The notes: generated from the letters alone by a model not told the origin. DNA of 64,000 bases from an uncultured Candidatus Micrarchaeota archaeon (GCA_963760615.1 CAVXDX010000012.1:1-64000); one strand, 5' to 3'. Counted from the first letter of the stretch, positions 1 through 10,683 are shown. Numbers and translations are program-made.

Positions 1-134
1 CCAGGTACATGGTTGCAGTAACCGCCCCTGATTACAAGAAAGCTGAGAAAACAGTTGCGACATTTTTCAAGAACGTTAAGGATGGTATAAAGGGGAAGGA
101 GGGGTGCGCCAATTTTGAGAGGGAGGAAAAGTAG
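1..134 (+). CDS. eif2a: C-terminal end of translation initiation factor 2 alpha subunit (partial)
   Basis: Frame from nt 3 reads RYMVAVTAPDYKKAEK...EREEK*, resembling the aIF2alpha C-terminus; conserved eIF2a-nop10-PAC2 gene order. Confidence 0.7.
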   Translation, partial: RYMVAVTAPDYKKAEKTVATFFKNVKDGIKGKEGCANFEREEK

Positions 135-139
135 GTTAT

Positions 140-304
140 ATGGGAAAGCTGAGGAAGTGCACAAGATGCGGGGCGTACACCATGAGGGAGCAATGCCCAA
201 AATGCGGAGGGGAGACGCATACGGCGCATCCACCAAAGTTCTCTCCAGAGGACAAGTACGGCAAGTACAGGAGGAGGGCGAAATTTGGTTTGGAGGCGGT
301 TTGA
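140..304 (+). CDS. nop10: H/ACA RNP protein Nop10
   Basis: Hand-translated MGKLRKCTRCGAYTMREQCPKCGGETHTAHPPKFSPEDKYGKYRR; Zn ribbon plus HPPKFSPEDKY signature; not in ORF track (54 aa). Confidence 0.92.
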   Translation: MGKLRKCTRCGAYTMREQCPKCGGETHTAHPPKFSPEDKYGKYRRRAKFGLEAV

Positions 305-1076
305 TGAAGGGTACGATAATACTCTCGAAGAAGGGTGTCAGGCTGAAGAACCCCATACTGGTAGAAGGGCTGCCGGGCATAGGGCTTGTGGGGAAGCTGG
401 CAGCGGAGCACCTCATAAAGGAGCTCAAGGCTGAGAAGGTTGCGGAGATTTACTCTGAGCACTTCCCGCACCAGGTGCTTATGCTTAAGAAAGGAACTCT
501 GAGGATGCTGAAGAACAAAATCTACGCATGGAGGAACCCCAGGAAGGGGGGAGCGATTTGCTAGTGCTTGTAGGTGATATACAGGCCATAACACCAGAGG
601 CTCAGTTCGAGATATGCAATGCCATGCTTGACTACTTTGAAAAGATGAAGGGGAAGAGGATATATACCCTTGGGGGGTATGGAGTGGGCAAGATTGTGGA
701 GAACCCTAAGGTGCTTGGCTCTGCCACGCACAAGGAAGTTGTTGAGGAGCTTAAGAAGTACGGGGTGGTATTCGGGGAGGCAACCGGCTCAATAATAGGG
801 GCGGCGGGTCTGTTGCTTGGGCTTGGTAAGATAAGGAAGATGAACGGGGCATGCCTCATGGGAGAGACCCACGGTGGTTATATTGACGCCAAATCCGCAA
901 AGAGCGTTCTGGCAGTCCTGACAAAGATACTTGGCATCAAGGTTGATTTGAACAAGTTTGATGAGAGGGTGAAGGAGACTGAGAAATTCATGAAGAGGAT
1001 GGAGAAGGAGATTGAAAAGCAGAAGGGTGGTGGAGAGGGAGCGATGAGGGGGGATGAGCTGAGCTACATCCGATGA
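304..1076 (+). CDS. PAC2-family proteasome assembly chaperone, split by a frameshift at a G6 run (546-551)
   Basis: GLPGIGLVGK..AAEHL motif in ORF 115-564 continues as SDLLVLVGD..YTLGG..CLMGET in ORF 528-1076. Confidence 0.85.
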
Positions 1077-1078
1077 GC

Positions 1079-1214
1079 GCGGCCGTAATCTAGAGGCATC
1101 CGCATCTGGCTGGTGCCGGATAACCTGGTGGGCTTGAAGCTTCGGCTGACAGTTCGGGCAGTAGGATCTGAGCTTCCCAAGCTCATTGCCCGGGTTCAAA
1201 TCCCGGCGGCCGCA
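1079..1214 (+). tRNA. tRNA-Gly(CCC) with two D-loop introns (1094-1123, 1129-1161)
   Basis: Acceptor GCGGCCG/CGGCCGC+A, anticodon arm TGAGC-TTCCCAA-GCTCA, T arm CCGGG-TTCAAAT-CCCGG; removing both introns gives a D arm like tRNA-Gly(TCC) in this window. Confidence 0.9.
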
Positions 1215-1228
1215 CTTCTGGTGAGGTA

Positions 1229-2984
1229 ATGGAAAAAACAAAATTCGCTCTGGTGATTCTTCTCCTAGTGCTGCCGCTGTCTGCAAGAGTGGCGTCCATG
1301 CCGGTGCCTGCAGTCCTTACACCCCGCGGGGCGGAGCTGGTTAGGCTTGAGGTTGAGATAAGAGAAGGGACTGGAGAGGTATATGTGGCAACAACGCCGC
1401 TCGTGGGAATCCAGACGCAGGATTCGGCTAGGACTGCCTTCACTGTGTCCAGAAGTATGGCTGGAATTGGGAGCAACTACGATGCGCTTATACGTCTGAT
1501 AGATCCAACGGGCTCAAAATCTGTTGATGGACCGAGCGCTGGGGCGGCGATGACGCTTATCATGCTGTCCGTATTTGAGAACAGAACGGTGAGGGACGAC
1601 CTGACAATGACGGGCACAATTATGAACGACGGATCCGTTGGGGCGGTTGGTGGGGTTGGGGAGAAGACTAAAGCTGCCGCTGATGAGGATATGCACGTCA
1701 TACTCATGCCAAGGAATTCTGATGTTTTTGACAAAATGGTTTTAAGCATACTCGGGAAGAGGTGGAATATCTCCATAGTGGAAGTGGACAACATAAGCGA
1801 GGCTGCAGACATGGCATTCAGCGCGAAGAATGTCACCCTCAAGAGCAATGTCATGGAGGTAGAGCCACAGGCGCAGGTGAACCTTAGTGCAACAGAAATC
1901 AGCTGCGCAGACTGCCACCTTGATGAGTTCAAGGCTCTTGCAAACAGTATAATAAGCAAAAACCGCGCGCTGCTTGATGAGGTGAGCAGGCAGAACAGGA
2001 GCGAGTTCTCCTATTTCATCACAATGGTGGAGGCGAACATGGAGGAGGCTGAGAATGCGGAGAGGTGGAACTATTTATACACCGGAGCGAACTCTGGCCT
2101 TCCTCACTGCGATAAACCTGAATTTCATGAAAGACAGCAACATCACATACGACAGATTCATAAGCCGCATGGATGATGTGGACAGCTGTATAAAGAGTGC
2201 GGAGAGGCCGCAGGTGACAAGGGAGAATTTCGAGTTGGTTGCGGGCGGGGATGAGAGGCTGACGTGGTCAAAGAAGAAGTTCCAAGAAATCTACAGCCAG
2301 AACTACTCAAGCGATGATGATGAAACCATCCTCTTGGAGTACAAGGAGCTTCTGAGCGCGGAAAGCTGGTGCAATATCTCCCACGAGATGTATTCCATTG
2401 CAGGGAGGATTGGCGGGACTCCTGCGAATGAGAGCAACCTCAGGGCATTTGCAGCCGCCAAAATAGCTGAAGCTGATTCCAAGCTCAAAACATTTGGAGG
2501 TGCAGACTTCGGGGATGCCGAGTGGCGCTTCGAGGCTGCAAAGGATGAGTTTAGTGATGCACAATTCACTGCAGCGGTATTTGACTCAGATTATCTGATA
2601 GGCGCCATAGAGTCCCTGAACATGAGCAAGAATACTGAGAGCTTTTTGACAAGCGAGTTTGAATCCCCCAAATCTTGGAACGGGATGTGGGCTGCACTCT
2701 ATGGGAACCATGCCAAGTATATATACGTGAGGAGCAAGGCGCTTGGCGGCGCTACTGCAACTGCAGTCCTGCTGGATGACTACGCAAACCTGCTTGATGG
2801 AGATGCTGTGAGGATGAAGGAACTCTTCCAGAGCCCTGCGAATGCTGGGCAGATAGGCGCGGTTGCAGGCACAGGTGAGCAGTTCCCGGTAAGCTATGAT
2901 AATGAACTTGCGCTCCTTCTTGTTATCTGCATCATCATTGCCATATTCCTGAACCTTGTTCAGATTTTCAGAACATCCGAGTGA
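1229..2984 (+). CDS. Secreted/membrane-anchored S16 (Lon-type) serine protease domain protein, frameshifted near 2096
   Basis: Signal peptide, DGPSAG catalytic Ser motif, GGVGEK Lys; ORF 2055-2984 continues to a C-terminal TM helix. Confidence 0.75.
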
Positions 2985-2985
2985 G

Positions 2986-4194
2986 ATGGTGCACTCCTCA
3001 AAAAATATAACTGGAAGCAAAGGCAGAGAGCTTGAGGGGAGGAGGATTGCCCTCTGCATATGCGGCAGCGTTGCTGCTGTTAAATCTCCCGAGCTGGCAA
3101 GGGAGCTCATGCGGCATGGCGCTGAAGTGGTCCCTGTCATGAGCTATGCTGCAACTGGTATAATACGGCCTGAGCTGATGCACTGGGCGACGGGCAACCC
3201 CGCAGTGACCAAGCTTAGCGGAGATGTGGAGCATCTAATGCTCTGCGGCAGGCAGAAGGGAAGGGCGGACTTGGTGATTGCGGCGCCGGCAACAGCGAGC
3301 ATCATAGGAAAGCTTGCAGGCGGAATCGATGACACGCCAGTGGCAACAATACTGACAACCGCGCTTGGGAGCAGTATACCGATTATAATTGCACCGGCGA
3401 TGCACCTATCCATAAGCGACAACCCTGTTGTGAGGGGGAACATCAGAAAGCTGAAAGCTCTTGGCGTGGAGTTCGTTGAGCCTGCAGTGAGCGAAGGAAA
3501 GGCGAAGATGGCCGACACAAACAGCATAGTTGCGCTTGCCATGAGGATGCTGTATAAAAAAGACCTGGCTGGGAAGAGAGTTCTTGTCACCACCGGTGCC
3601 ACGCGTGAGTATATTGATGACGTGCGTTTCATCTCCAACCCAAGCAGCGGGAGGATGGGGGTGGAGCTTGCGAGAGAGGCATATCTGAGGGGTGCGGATG
3701 TGCTTCTGCTCTATGCACATGTGGATGTGGAGCTGCCGCCTTGCATAAAAAGCAAGCACGCTGAGACGACGGAGGATATGCACCATGAAGTACTGGCAAA
3801 CCTCAGAGGGAGCGACATCGTAGTTCTCGCAGCAGCCCCAGCAGATTTTGCTCCGAGGAGGAAGAGGGGCAAGATTTCCTCCACGGCAGCGCTGAAGCTT
3901 ACGCTACACCCCGTACCTAAGATAAGCGACGCAATAAAGAGAGCCAAGAAGTTTGCGAAACTTATTCTATTCAAGGCAGAGAGTCATGTGAAGGAGTCTG
4001 AGCTGAAGAGGATTGCGCTGAAGAAGCTCAGGGCATGCGATGCGGATATGATAGTTGCAAACGACGTTGGGAAGCCTGGCGTTGGATTTGTGTCTGATTT
4101 CAACGAGGTCCTGCTGATAAAGCCTGATGGTTCGGTTAAAAAGGAGAAGGGGAAGAAATCAGAGATAGCAAAGCTGGTTTTTGATTCTCTTTAA
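2986..4194 (+). CDS. coaBC: Bifunctional phosphopantothenoylcysteine decarboxylase/ligase
   Basis: [51 protein letters not shown]. Confidence 0.95.
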   Translation: MVHSSKNITGSKGRELEGRRIALCICGSVAAVKSPELARELMRHGAEVVPVMSYAATGIIRPELMHWATGNPAVTKLSGDVEHLMLCGRQKGRADLVIAAPATASIIGKLAGGIDDTPVATILTTALGSSIPIIIAPAMHLSISDNPVVRGNIRKLKALGVEFVEPAVSEGKAKMADTNSIVALAMRMLYKKDLAGKRVLVTTGATREYIDDVRFISNPSSGRMGVELAREAYLRGADVLLLYAHVDVELPPCIKSKHAETTEDMHHEVLANLRGSDIVVLAAAPADFAPRRKRGKISSTAALKLTLHPVPKISDAIKRAKKFAKLILFKAESHVKESELKRIALKKLRACDADMIVANDVGKPGVGFVSDFNEVLLIKPDGSVKKEKGKKSEIAKLVFDSL

Positions 4195-4619
4195 CCTTTC
4201 CTGAATTTTGCCAATTTCTCCTTCAGCTCCGGCCTGCTAACTGCGAGAATTTCAACTGCAAGTATAGCAGCATTCCTCCCTCCGTCTATTGACACGGTTG
4301 CAACAGGCACACCACTGGGCATCTGCATCATGCTGAGCAGCGCATCCAAGCCCTCAAGCTTAACATCAACAGGAACTCCTATGACTGGCACTATGACTTT
4401 TGAAGCAATGACGCCCGGGAGGGCTGCAGAGAGGCCTGCAATTGCGATTATGACTTTAGCATTGGATTTTTTGATTATCTCCTCCAATTTCTCAGGAGCA
4501 CGGTGAGCTGAGGCAACTTGAAACTCGCATGAAACTCCAAACTCCTTCAGTATGGCAACAGCATCATCTGCTATCTTCTTGTCACTGCTGCTTCCTACAA
4601 TGATTAAAACATCCATCAA
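4191..4619 (-). CDS. purE: N5-CAIR mutase / AIR carboxylase PurE
   Basis: [36 protein letters not shown]. Confidence 0.95.
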   Translation of the reverse strand: MMDVLIIVGSSSDKKIADDAVAILKEFGVSCEFQVASAHRAPEKLEEIIKKSNAKVIIAIAGLSAALPGVIASKVIVPVIGVPVDVKLEGLDALLSMMQMPSGVPVATVSIDGGRNAAILAVEILAVSRPELKEKLAKFRKG

Positions 4620-4625
4620 ATCACC

Positions 4626-5318
4626 TCACTCATATCTTCCGATGTGTCCGTGGGTTATATTCGACTGTCCCGTTACCATATTGGTGTAGTTTATATAAAT
4701 GTTCAGGCATCCTATGCTCCCAGCTGGCGGTATGGAATCATCCTCATTCTTACAGTAGATCTTGTTGTTTGTATCTCCACCAACAATTTGAGCGTATCCG
4801 CCAGATCGAATTAATATGGATTTATTTAGAGGTTCAATAATGGTCGGGGTAGATGGGTTGGGGGTTTTTGTATTAATACATTCCACACCAGTTATATTTA
4901 TATCCGTCCCACTGCCTTGCCCTATGATGAGGATTAGACCACCCGTGGTATCGATCTTGCTGCTAATGCATGTGAGACCTGCTGGGAAATAGCATGCGGC
5001 GGGACATGGGGCTCCGAGAAAAACATCCCATATTGCCATAGATAACCAAATTAGCAGTATAACTATCATGAAAAATAATATATTACGGGTGTGGAGTTTA
5101 AGCACTAAGTAGATAGCAACCATCACAACTGAAAGGACCATGATTATTTCTGTATACTGGGCAAACTTTTGGATCATTGACAGACCTAAACCAGAACAAC
5201 TATTTATGCAGGGTGGGGTTGTACTTATGTCATAAAACAAGAATAAAGTGATAGCTACGATAACAAAGAACGGAAGATATTTTAGAGTCCAGTGCAGATT
5301 CGGTTTATCTTCCTTCAT
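4626..5318 (-). CDS. Hypothetical membrane protein with C-terminal pilin-like domain
   Basis: Three N-terminal hydrophobic segments, then CYFPAGLTC...LILIIGQGSG...YINYTNMVTG, similar to pilin-like ORFs at 20478/20995/45964; AT-rich. Confidence 0.6.
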   Translation of the reverse strand: MKEDKPNLHWTLKYLPFFVIVAITLFLFYDISTTPPCINSCSGLGLSMIQKFAQYTEIIMVLSVVMVAIYLVLKLHTRNILFFMIVILLIWLSMAIWDVFLGAPCPAACYFPAGLTCISSKIDTTGGLILIIGQGSGTDINITGVECINTKTPNPSTPTIIEPLNKSILIRSGGYAQIVGGDTNNKIYCKNEDDSIPPAGSIGCLNIYINYTNMVTGQSNITHGHIGRYE

Positions 5319-6211
5319 CAAACCACCTCAAACTTCTTCCTGGTTATAATTTCATATGCTTCAATATATCTCTTGCTGGTCCCCTTGACAACCTCAGGAG
5401 GCAGAACAGGCGCCGGGGGCTTCTTGTCCCACTTTATGGATTCTAGGTAATCTCTCACCGGCTGCTTGTCAAAGCTTTTCTGCGGTCCTCCTGGCGAGTA
5501 GGAGTCTGCAGGCCAGAACCTGGAGGAGTCTGGAGTGAGCAGCTCATCTATAACAAGAAGCTCTCCGTTGAGCATACCAAACTCGAATTTCGTATCCGCA
5601 ATTATTATGCCGCGCTCCCTTGCCTTTTCAGATGCTTTCGTGTATATCGTTATGCTTGCCTCCCTGAGCTCCGTGGCCGTGTATTTGCCTACGCTCTTCT
5701 CAAGCTCATGCTCAGTTATATTGATATCGTGTCCTTCCTCTGCTTTTGTTGACGGGGTGAACAGCGGTTCTGGAAGCTTCTCCGATTCCTGCATTCCTTT
5801 CGGCAGGGTGATTCCGCAGACCTCCCCGCTCTTCTTGTAGTCCTTCCACGCAGAGCCAGAGAGGTACCCCCGCACAACGAATTCGGCGCGTATTGGCTGC
5901 GTTTTTCTGACAAGCATTGTCCTTCCTTTGAGTATGCTGGAGAACTTCCTGGCCTCCTCTGGGAATTCATTTACATCTGTTGCGATGAGATGGTTGGGTA
6001 TGATATCCTTAGTATAATCAAACCAGAATGCAGAAAGCCGGTTGAGCACTACGCCCTTGTGCGGTATGCCGTTGGGAAGGACAACGTCAAACGCGGATAT
6101 TCTGTCAGTTGCAATCATCAGCAGTTCATCCCCCGCTTCATATGTATCGCGCACCTTGCCCCTGCTGAAGAGCTTCAGCCCCTTCAAATCCGTCTTCAGT
6201 ACAACACCCAT
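5318..6211 (-). CDS. purC: SAICAR synthetase
   Basis: RGKVRDTY, ATDRISAFD, EFVVRGYLSGS, ADTKFEFG, DELLTPDSSRFW, SFDKQ. Confidence 0.96.
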   Translation of the reverse strand: MGVVLKTDLKGLKLFSRGKVRDTYEAGDELLMIATDRISAFDVVLPNGIPHKGVVLNRLSAFWFDYTKDIIPNHLIATDVNEFPEEARKFSSILKGRTMLVRKTQPIRAEFVVRGYLSGSAWKDYKKSGEVCGITLPKGMQESEKLPEPLFTPSTKAEEGHDINITEHELEKSVGKYTATELREASITIYTKASEKARERGIIIADTKFEFGMLNGELLVIDELLTPDSSRFWPADSYSPGGPQKSFDKQPVRDYLESIKWDKKPPAPVLPPEVVKGTSKRYIEAYEIITRKKFEVV

Positions 6212-6226
6212 ATTCCCACCATTCAT

Positions 6227-7087
6227 TCAATGAAATACAACCGCTCCCAGGAACCCCAGAAGAGCTACGAACATTGCAGCAAGGCTCAGGTTCCTGCTGG
6301 ATTCCATGAATTCTTTTGAAGTCTTTCTAAGTGAATGGATTGCGATATACGCCAGCGTTATATCGTTGATGGTTACCGGTACCAAATAGAACGGATTTCC
6401 TCTGTAAGGGTTGATATATAGGTATGGCACTGCGCTGAGCGCTATGCTTATGATGTAAAACAGCGATGAGAGGTATAGCGAATTTCTTATTCCTATGAGC
6501 ATCGGCAACGTCCTTGAGCCCCTGCCTGCCCTGTCACCGCGGACATCTCTGGCAGTCCCCATCATCTCTCTTGCCAAACCGCTCATGAATGCTATGGAGC
6601 TGAGCAGGAGCACTGGAGCAGGAACATCGCTGGTTACGGCCAGGCTCCCGTAAACAAAAGGCACTGCCATTGTTGATGCGATGTATATATTGCCGACAAA
6701 TGCGATGTCCTTGAGCCTGAAGCTGTAGAGGCACGCCAATACGGTGAATGAGAGAGTGATTATGAAGCAGTTTAGATTTATGAAAATTGATATGACAATC
6801 CCAAGCACAAAGAGGAGCAGCGAGAGCAGAAGGGCATGGCGGGGAGTGATTTCACCACTCACCAGGGGCCTGTCCATCCTCTTGTTTATCCTGTCGCTCC
6901 TAAGGTCGAAGTAATCGTTTATTGCGAAGCTTGCTGCGCTGACGAGCATTGGCGGGAGTATACTTAGCAGAAGGGCATTATACTGCGGAATTGCTTGTAG
7001 GGCTATGGCTTCTCCTACTACTACCGCAACTGCTAGCATGAATGAATGCTCCAGCCGCACAAGCTTCCAGCAGGCATCAATCTTCAT
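6227..7087 (-). CDS. UbiA-family digeranylgeranylglyceryl phosphate synthase
   Basis: AINDYFD..DRINK..RPL.SG Asp-rich motif, REMM...RDVRGD second motif, multiple TMs. Confidence 0.85.
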   Translation of the reverse strand: MKIDACWKLVRLEHSFMLAVAVVVGEAIALQAIPQYNALLLSILPPMLVSAASFAINDYFDLRSDRINKRMDRPLVSGEITPRHALLLSLLLFVLGIVISIFINLNCFIITLSFTVLACLYSFRLKDIAFVGNIYIASTMAVPFVYGSLAVTSDVPAPVLLLSSIAFMSGLAREMMGTARDVRGDRAGRGSRTLPMLIGIRNSLYLSSLFYIISIALSAVPYLYINPYRGNPFYLVPVTINDITLAYIAIHSLRKTSKEFMESSRNLSLAAMFVALLGFLGAVVFH

Positions 7088-7142
7088 CCGCTCCCCTCCT
7101 TAGCAATCATGTTTTAATATTCGAGGATATAAATTATAAAGC

Positions 7143-7817
7143 ATGGCTAGGATGGTGTTCATTCCCGAGATGGGATGCTCTGGTGACATGATTCTGGGGG
7201 CTCTTGCAGACCTTGGGGCTGAGGATGAGATAAAAGAGGGGGTAAGAACCGCTCTGGGGTATACTCTGTCATTTAAAGATACACTGAAACATGGGGTGCA
7301 CGCGAAGATTCTTGAGACTAACTTGGATGAGAAGTGCTCTCCCGCCAGGATGGTGGAGCTGATACGCTCCTCCGCGGATATACTGGAGTTTGACGACTAC
7401 CAGATGAAGTTTGCGTGGGATACTTTTGAGACAATCCTTGAGGCAGAAAAAAGCATCAACAAGCTTGATGGAGCACATCTTCACGAGATGGGCAACATCG
7501 ACACAGTGGTCGACATAGTTGGAGCGGCCATCGGGCTTGGCGTGCTTGGAGCGTTCAATTCCGATGTGATATCAGGGCCTGTGGCGGTGGGGACCGAGCC
7601 GGCGCCGGCAGCCATCCAGATATTGAAGAAGAGGAAGTTCGCTTTTTACAAGAGGGATATAAAGCACGAGCTGTGCACACCCACAGGGGCGGGCATAATG
7701 GTGAACATTGCACAGGGAGTTGGCAAGATGCCTGAAATGAAAGCGTACACGGAGGGCTGTGGTGGGGGGAGCAGGGAGTTCCACCTGCCAAATATCCTTA
7801 GGCTGAGAATTCTTTAG
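7143..7817 (+). CDS. LarC-family nickel insertion protein, N-terminal domain only
   Basis: GCSGDMILGALADLG, HLHEMGNIDTVVDIVGA, CTPTGAGI, PNILRL. Confidence 0.75.
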   Translation: MARMVFIPEMGCSGDMILGALADLGAEDEIKEGVRTALGYTLSFKDTLKHGVHAKILETNLDEKCSPARMVELIRSSADILEFDDYQMKFAWDTFETILEAEKSINKLDGAHLHEMGNIDTVVDIVGAAIGLGVLGAFNSDVISGPVAVGTEPAPAAIQILKKRKFAFYKRDIKHELCTPTGAGIMVNIAQGVGKMPEMKAYTEGCGGGSREFHLPNILRLRIL

Positions 7818-7827
7818 GGGTGATTTT

Positions 7828-8709
7828 ATGAAACTGCTGCACTCGCGACCACCGTACAATTTTCCAGGAATTGAACCTGAGCTGTCATCTTTTGAAAAGG
7901 CAAAAGTAGTTGTCTTCCCGGTTCCCTACGACTCAACAACATGCTACAGGAGCGGCACAAGAAACGGGCCGCATGCAATAATCAGTGCATCAAGGCAGAT
8001 GGAGCTTTACGATGAGGAGCTTGGCTACGAGCCTGCCAGGGTTGGAATACACACTCTTGATGAGCTCGAGCCATCCATGAATTCACCTGAGGAAACCATC
8101 AAGAGGGTTGAGAAGGTCATCGCCGAGATAATTGAGAACAAGAAATTCCCTTTGATGCTTGGAGGGGAGCACTCCGTCTCTCTGGGTGCCGTGAGGGCGC
8201 TTGCAAAGACTTATAGAAACATGAGCGTGCTGCAGCTTGACGCTCATACGGATTTAAGGGAAGAGTTTGAGGGCACGAAGTTTGGACATACTTCAGTGAT
8301 GAGGAGAATTTGTGGGCTATGTGACACTGTGCAGGTCGGCATAAGGGACATGAGCCTGGAGGAGGCGGAGTTCGTAAAGAAAAATAAGCTCAAAATATTC
8401 TATGCAAGGAATGCGCCAAAGCCGAGCGAGGTTGTCTCGCATTTGAAGAGAGATGTGTATGTTTCCATAGATTTGGATGTGTTTGACCCTTCCGAGGTTC
8501 CTGCAGTGGGAACCCCACAGCCCGGGGGGCTGCACTGGCATGACGTGATTGCTCTTCTCAGAGAAGTCGCTTCAAAGAGAAACGTTGTTGGATTTGATGT
8601 AGTGGAGCTCTGCCCCATAGAAGGAGACATCTCTTCCGACTTCCTGGCTGCGAGGCTTGCTTACAAGTTTCTGGGCTATCTTTTTAAGCCACGCCCCCAA
8701 AGGCTATAG
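7828..8709 (+). CDS. speB: Agmatinase
   Basis: GGEHS, LDAHTD, SIDLDVFDP, PGG ureohydrolase motifs. Confidence 0.92.
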   Translation: MKLLHSRPPYNFPGIEPELSSFEKAKVVVFPVPYDSTTCYRSGTRNGPHAIISASRQMELYDEELGYEPARVGIHTLDELEPSMNSPEETIKRVEKVIAEIIENKKFPLMLGGEHSVSLGAVRALAKTYRNMSVLQLDAHTDLREEFEGTKFGHTSVMRRICGLCDTVQVGIRDMSLEEAEFVKKNKLKIFYARNAPKPSEVVSHLKRDVYVSIDLDVFDPSEVPAVGTPQPGGLHWHDVIALLREVASKRNVVGFDVVELCPIEGDISSDFLAARLAYKFLGYLFKPRPQRL

Positions 8710-8711
8710 TT

Positions 8712-9902
8712 ATGGACTGGGTGGCTGCTTATCAGGATGCATTTGCCTATGCTCAGAGGAATATTGTCAGAAACGCCCTTTTTGCTTATAACGTGAATAT
8801 CGATGCAGTGAAATACCTTAAAGGTGGCGAGAAGTTTCCTGCAAAAATCGCAAAACTGCTTAAAAGATGTGTCAGGAATGGCAGGGAAAACGAGGTGAAA
8901 ATAGACCAGAAAACCCTGCAAATTCTTATGAGGAAGGTGGGCTACGATGAGATGCGGATGGGAGGGCAGGCAGGGAATATGAGCAACGTTGTATCCTCTC
9001 TTGGAGTCCTCTGCTACACCCATGTTCCATCAAAATGCAGGGAGCAGATGAAGCTTTTCGAGCACCCTGGGAACATCCTGATTGCTGACGGCAGTTTCAA
9101 AACTCCTGAGAAGATAAACAGGAAGTGCGATGTGCCGATTCATTTCGTTATGGAGTTCGGCAAAGGTTATAAATTCCAGAATGCAGAGGCACCGGCTCCA
9201 AACAGGCTCATTGCATCCTTTAACCCACCCTGCGCAGTCTTGGAGATAGATGATGAATTCAGGAGGCTTGCGCCAAGAATCATTGACACCGTAAGCAGGG
9301 CGGTCATATCCGGCTTCCACAACCCCACTATTGGAGCTGACTTCAGGGATAGGATAAAGAACGTCAGGACGAACATGGAGGAGCTGAAAGGGATGAATCA
9401 CAGTTTAAAGATTCATGTCGAGCTGGGAGACTTTCAGAACCTCAAAGTTCTGAAGGAGGTCACCGAACAGATTCTGCCAATGTGCGACAGTGTTGGTTTC
9501 AACGAGAATGAGCTGGAACAGATTAGAAAGGTTACCGGGATTAAGGAGGATGCATGGAAAGCGTGCGACAGGATTTGCAGTGAATTCTGCGGTGCCGTCT
9601 TCCACCGCCCGCAGTTCTCCTTCCTCGTGACAAAGGAGGAGAGTTGCGAGAGCCCATTGCTGTTCGGTTCCCTCCTCGCAGCTCACAGGGCAGCAAACGG
9701 AAGAAATGCCTCATTCAAAGAACTGGAGGAATTCGCGAAGAGCGTTAAGGTGAATGCCGAGGGAGTTGAAAAATACAATGAGTTCAAGAAGGTAAAATTC
9801 AGGAACAACGCTTATTTTGCTCCTTCTCTGGATATTGGGGAGCCCAAGATGACAGTGGGATTAGGGGACTGCTTCACGGCTGGTTATTTCCTGACAAAAT
9901 AG
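8712..9902 (+). CDS. pfkC: ADP-dependent glucokinase/phosphofructokinase
   Basis: AYNVNIDA, RMGGQAG, SGFH, HVELG, SVGFNENEL, TVGLGDCFTAG. Confidence 0.85.
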   Translation: MDWVAAYQDAFAYAQRNIVRNALFAYNVNIDAVKYLKGGEKFPAKIAKLLKRCVRNGRENEVKIDQKTLQILMRKVGYDEMRMGGQAGNMSNVVSSLGVLCYTHVPSKCREQMKLFEHPGNILIADGSFKTPEKINRKCDVPIHFVMEFGKGYKFQNAEAPAPNRLIASFNPPCAVLEIDDEFRRLAPRIIDTVSRAVISGFHNPTIGADFRDRIKNVRTNMEELKGMNHSLKIHVELGDFQNLKVLKEVTEQILPMCDSVGFNENELEQIRKVTGIKEDAWKACDRICSEFCGAVFHRPQFSFLVTKEESCESPLLFGSLLAAHRAANGRNASFKELEEFAKSVKVNAEGVEKYNEFKKVKFRNNAYFAPSLDIGEPKMTVGLGDCFTAGYFLTK

Positions 9903-9975
9903 TGCGACCGCCGGGATTTGAACCCGGGTCGTTGGCTTGGAAGGCCAAAGTCCTACCAGGCTAGACTACGATCGC
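9903..9975 (-). tRNA. tRNA-Gly(TCC)
   Basis: Reverse complement GCGATCGTAGTCTAGCCTGGTAGGAC-TTGGC-CTTCCAA-GCCAA...GGGTTCAAATCCCGGCGGTCGCA. Confidence 0.95.
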
Positions 9976-9978
9976 AAG

Positions 9979-10128
<150 letters not shown>

Positions 10129-10173
10129 GCGAGATAATTGTATCATGTGAATTTAATAATCCTTTTCGTGCGG

Positions 10174-10617
10174 CTAGATTAGGTGGTTGAAGTCCTCCTT
10201 CACAACATTCAAGACAAAATGCGTATTTGTCTTCTCAACTCCTTTCATACCCAAGAGGTGTTTTACGAATCTGTTCATCTCCTCCCTATTTTTGAATTTG
10301 GCGATCACTATGGCGTCACAAGCTCCGGTTGCATCATACACTCCCATCACATGCGGCAGCTGTGCTATCTCCTTCTCCGCCTCAACTAACTTGCCTTTCC
10401 TCGCCATAATCTCAATTATTGCTGTGAGTTCATAGCCTAGTTTTTCATAGTCAAGTAGGATTGAATACCCCTGTATCACACCATTTCTTTCCAATCCCCT
10501 GACCTTTTGAATCACAGTTGAGGTTGAGACTCCCAATTTTTTCGATAATGCCCTGAAGGATATTCTTGAGTCCTTACTGAGCTCTTGGATTGTCCTCAGA
10601 CTCATTTCATCAAACAT
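10174..10617 (-). CDS. Lrp/AsnC family transcriptional regulator
   Basis: N-terminal HTH (LSKDSRISFRALSKKLGVS), GVIQGYS linker, RAM domain. Confidence 0.9.
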   Translation of the reverse strand: MFDEMSLRTIQELSKDSRISFRALSKKLGVSTSTVIQKVRGLERNGVIQGYSILLDYEKLGYELTAIIEIMARKGKLVEAEKEIAQLPHVMGVYDATGACDAIVIAKFKNREEMNRFVKHLLGMKGVEKTNTHFVLNVVKEDFNHLI

Positions 10618-10683
10618 ATGTTCACCTCTATTTCGTTTTTATGGTATTTTTTAGATGAATATACTTTAAAAATATGTTATTAT

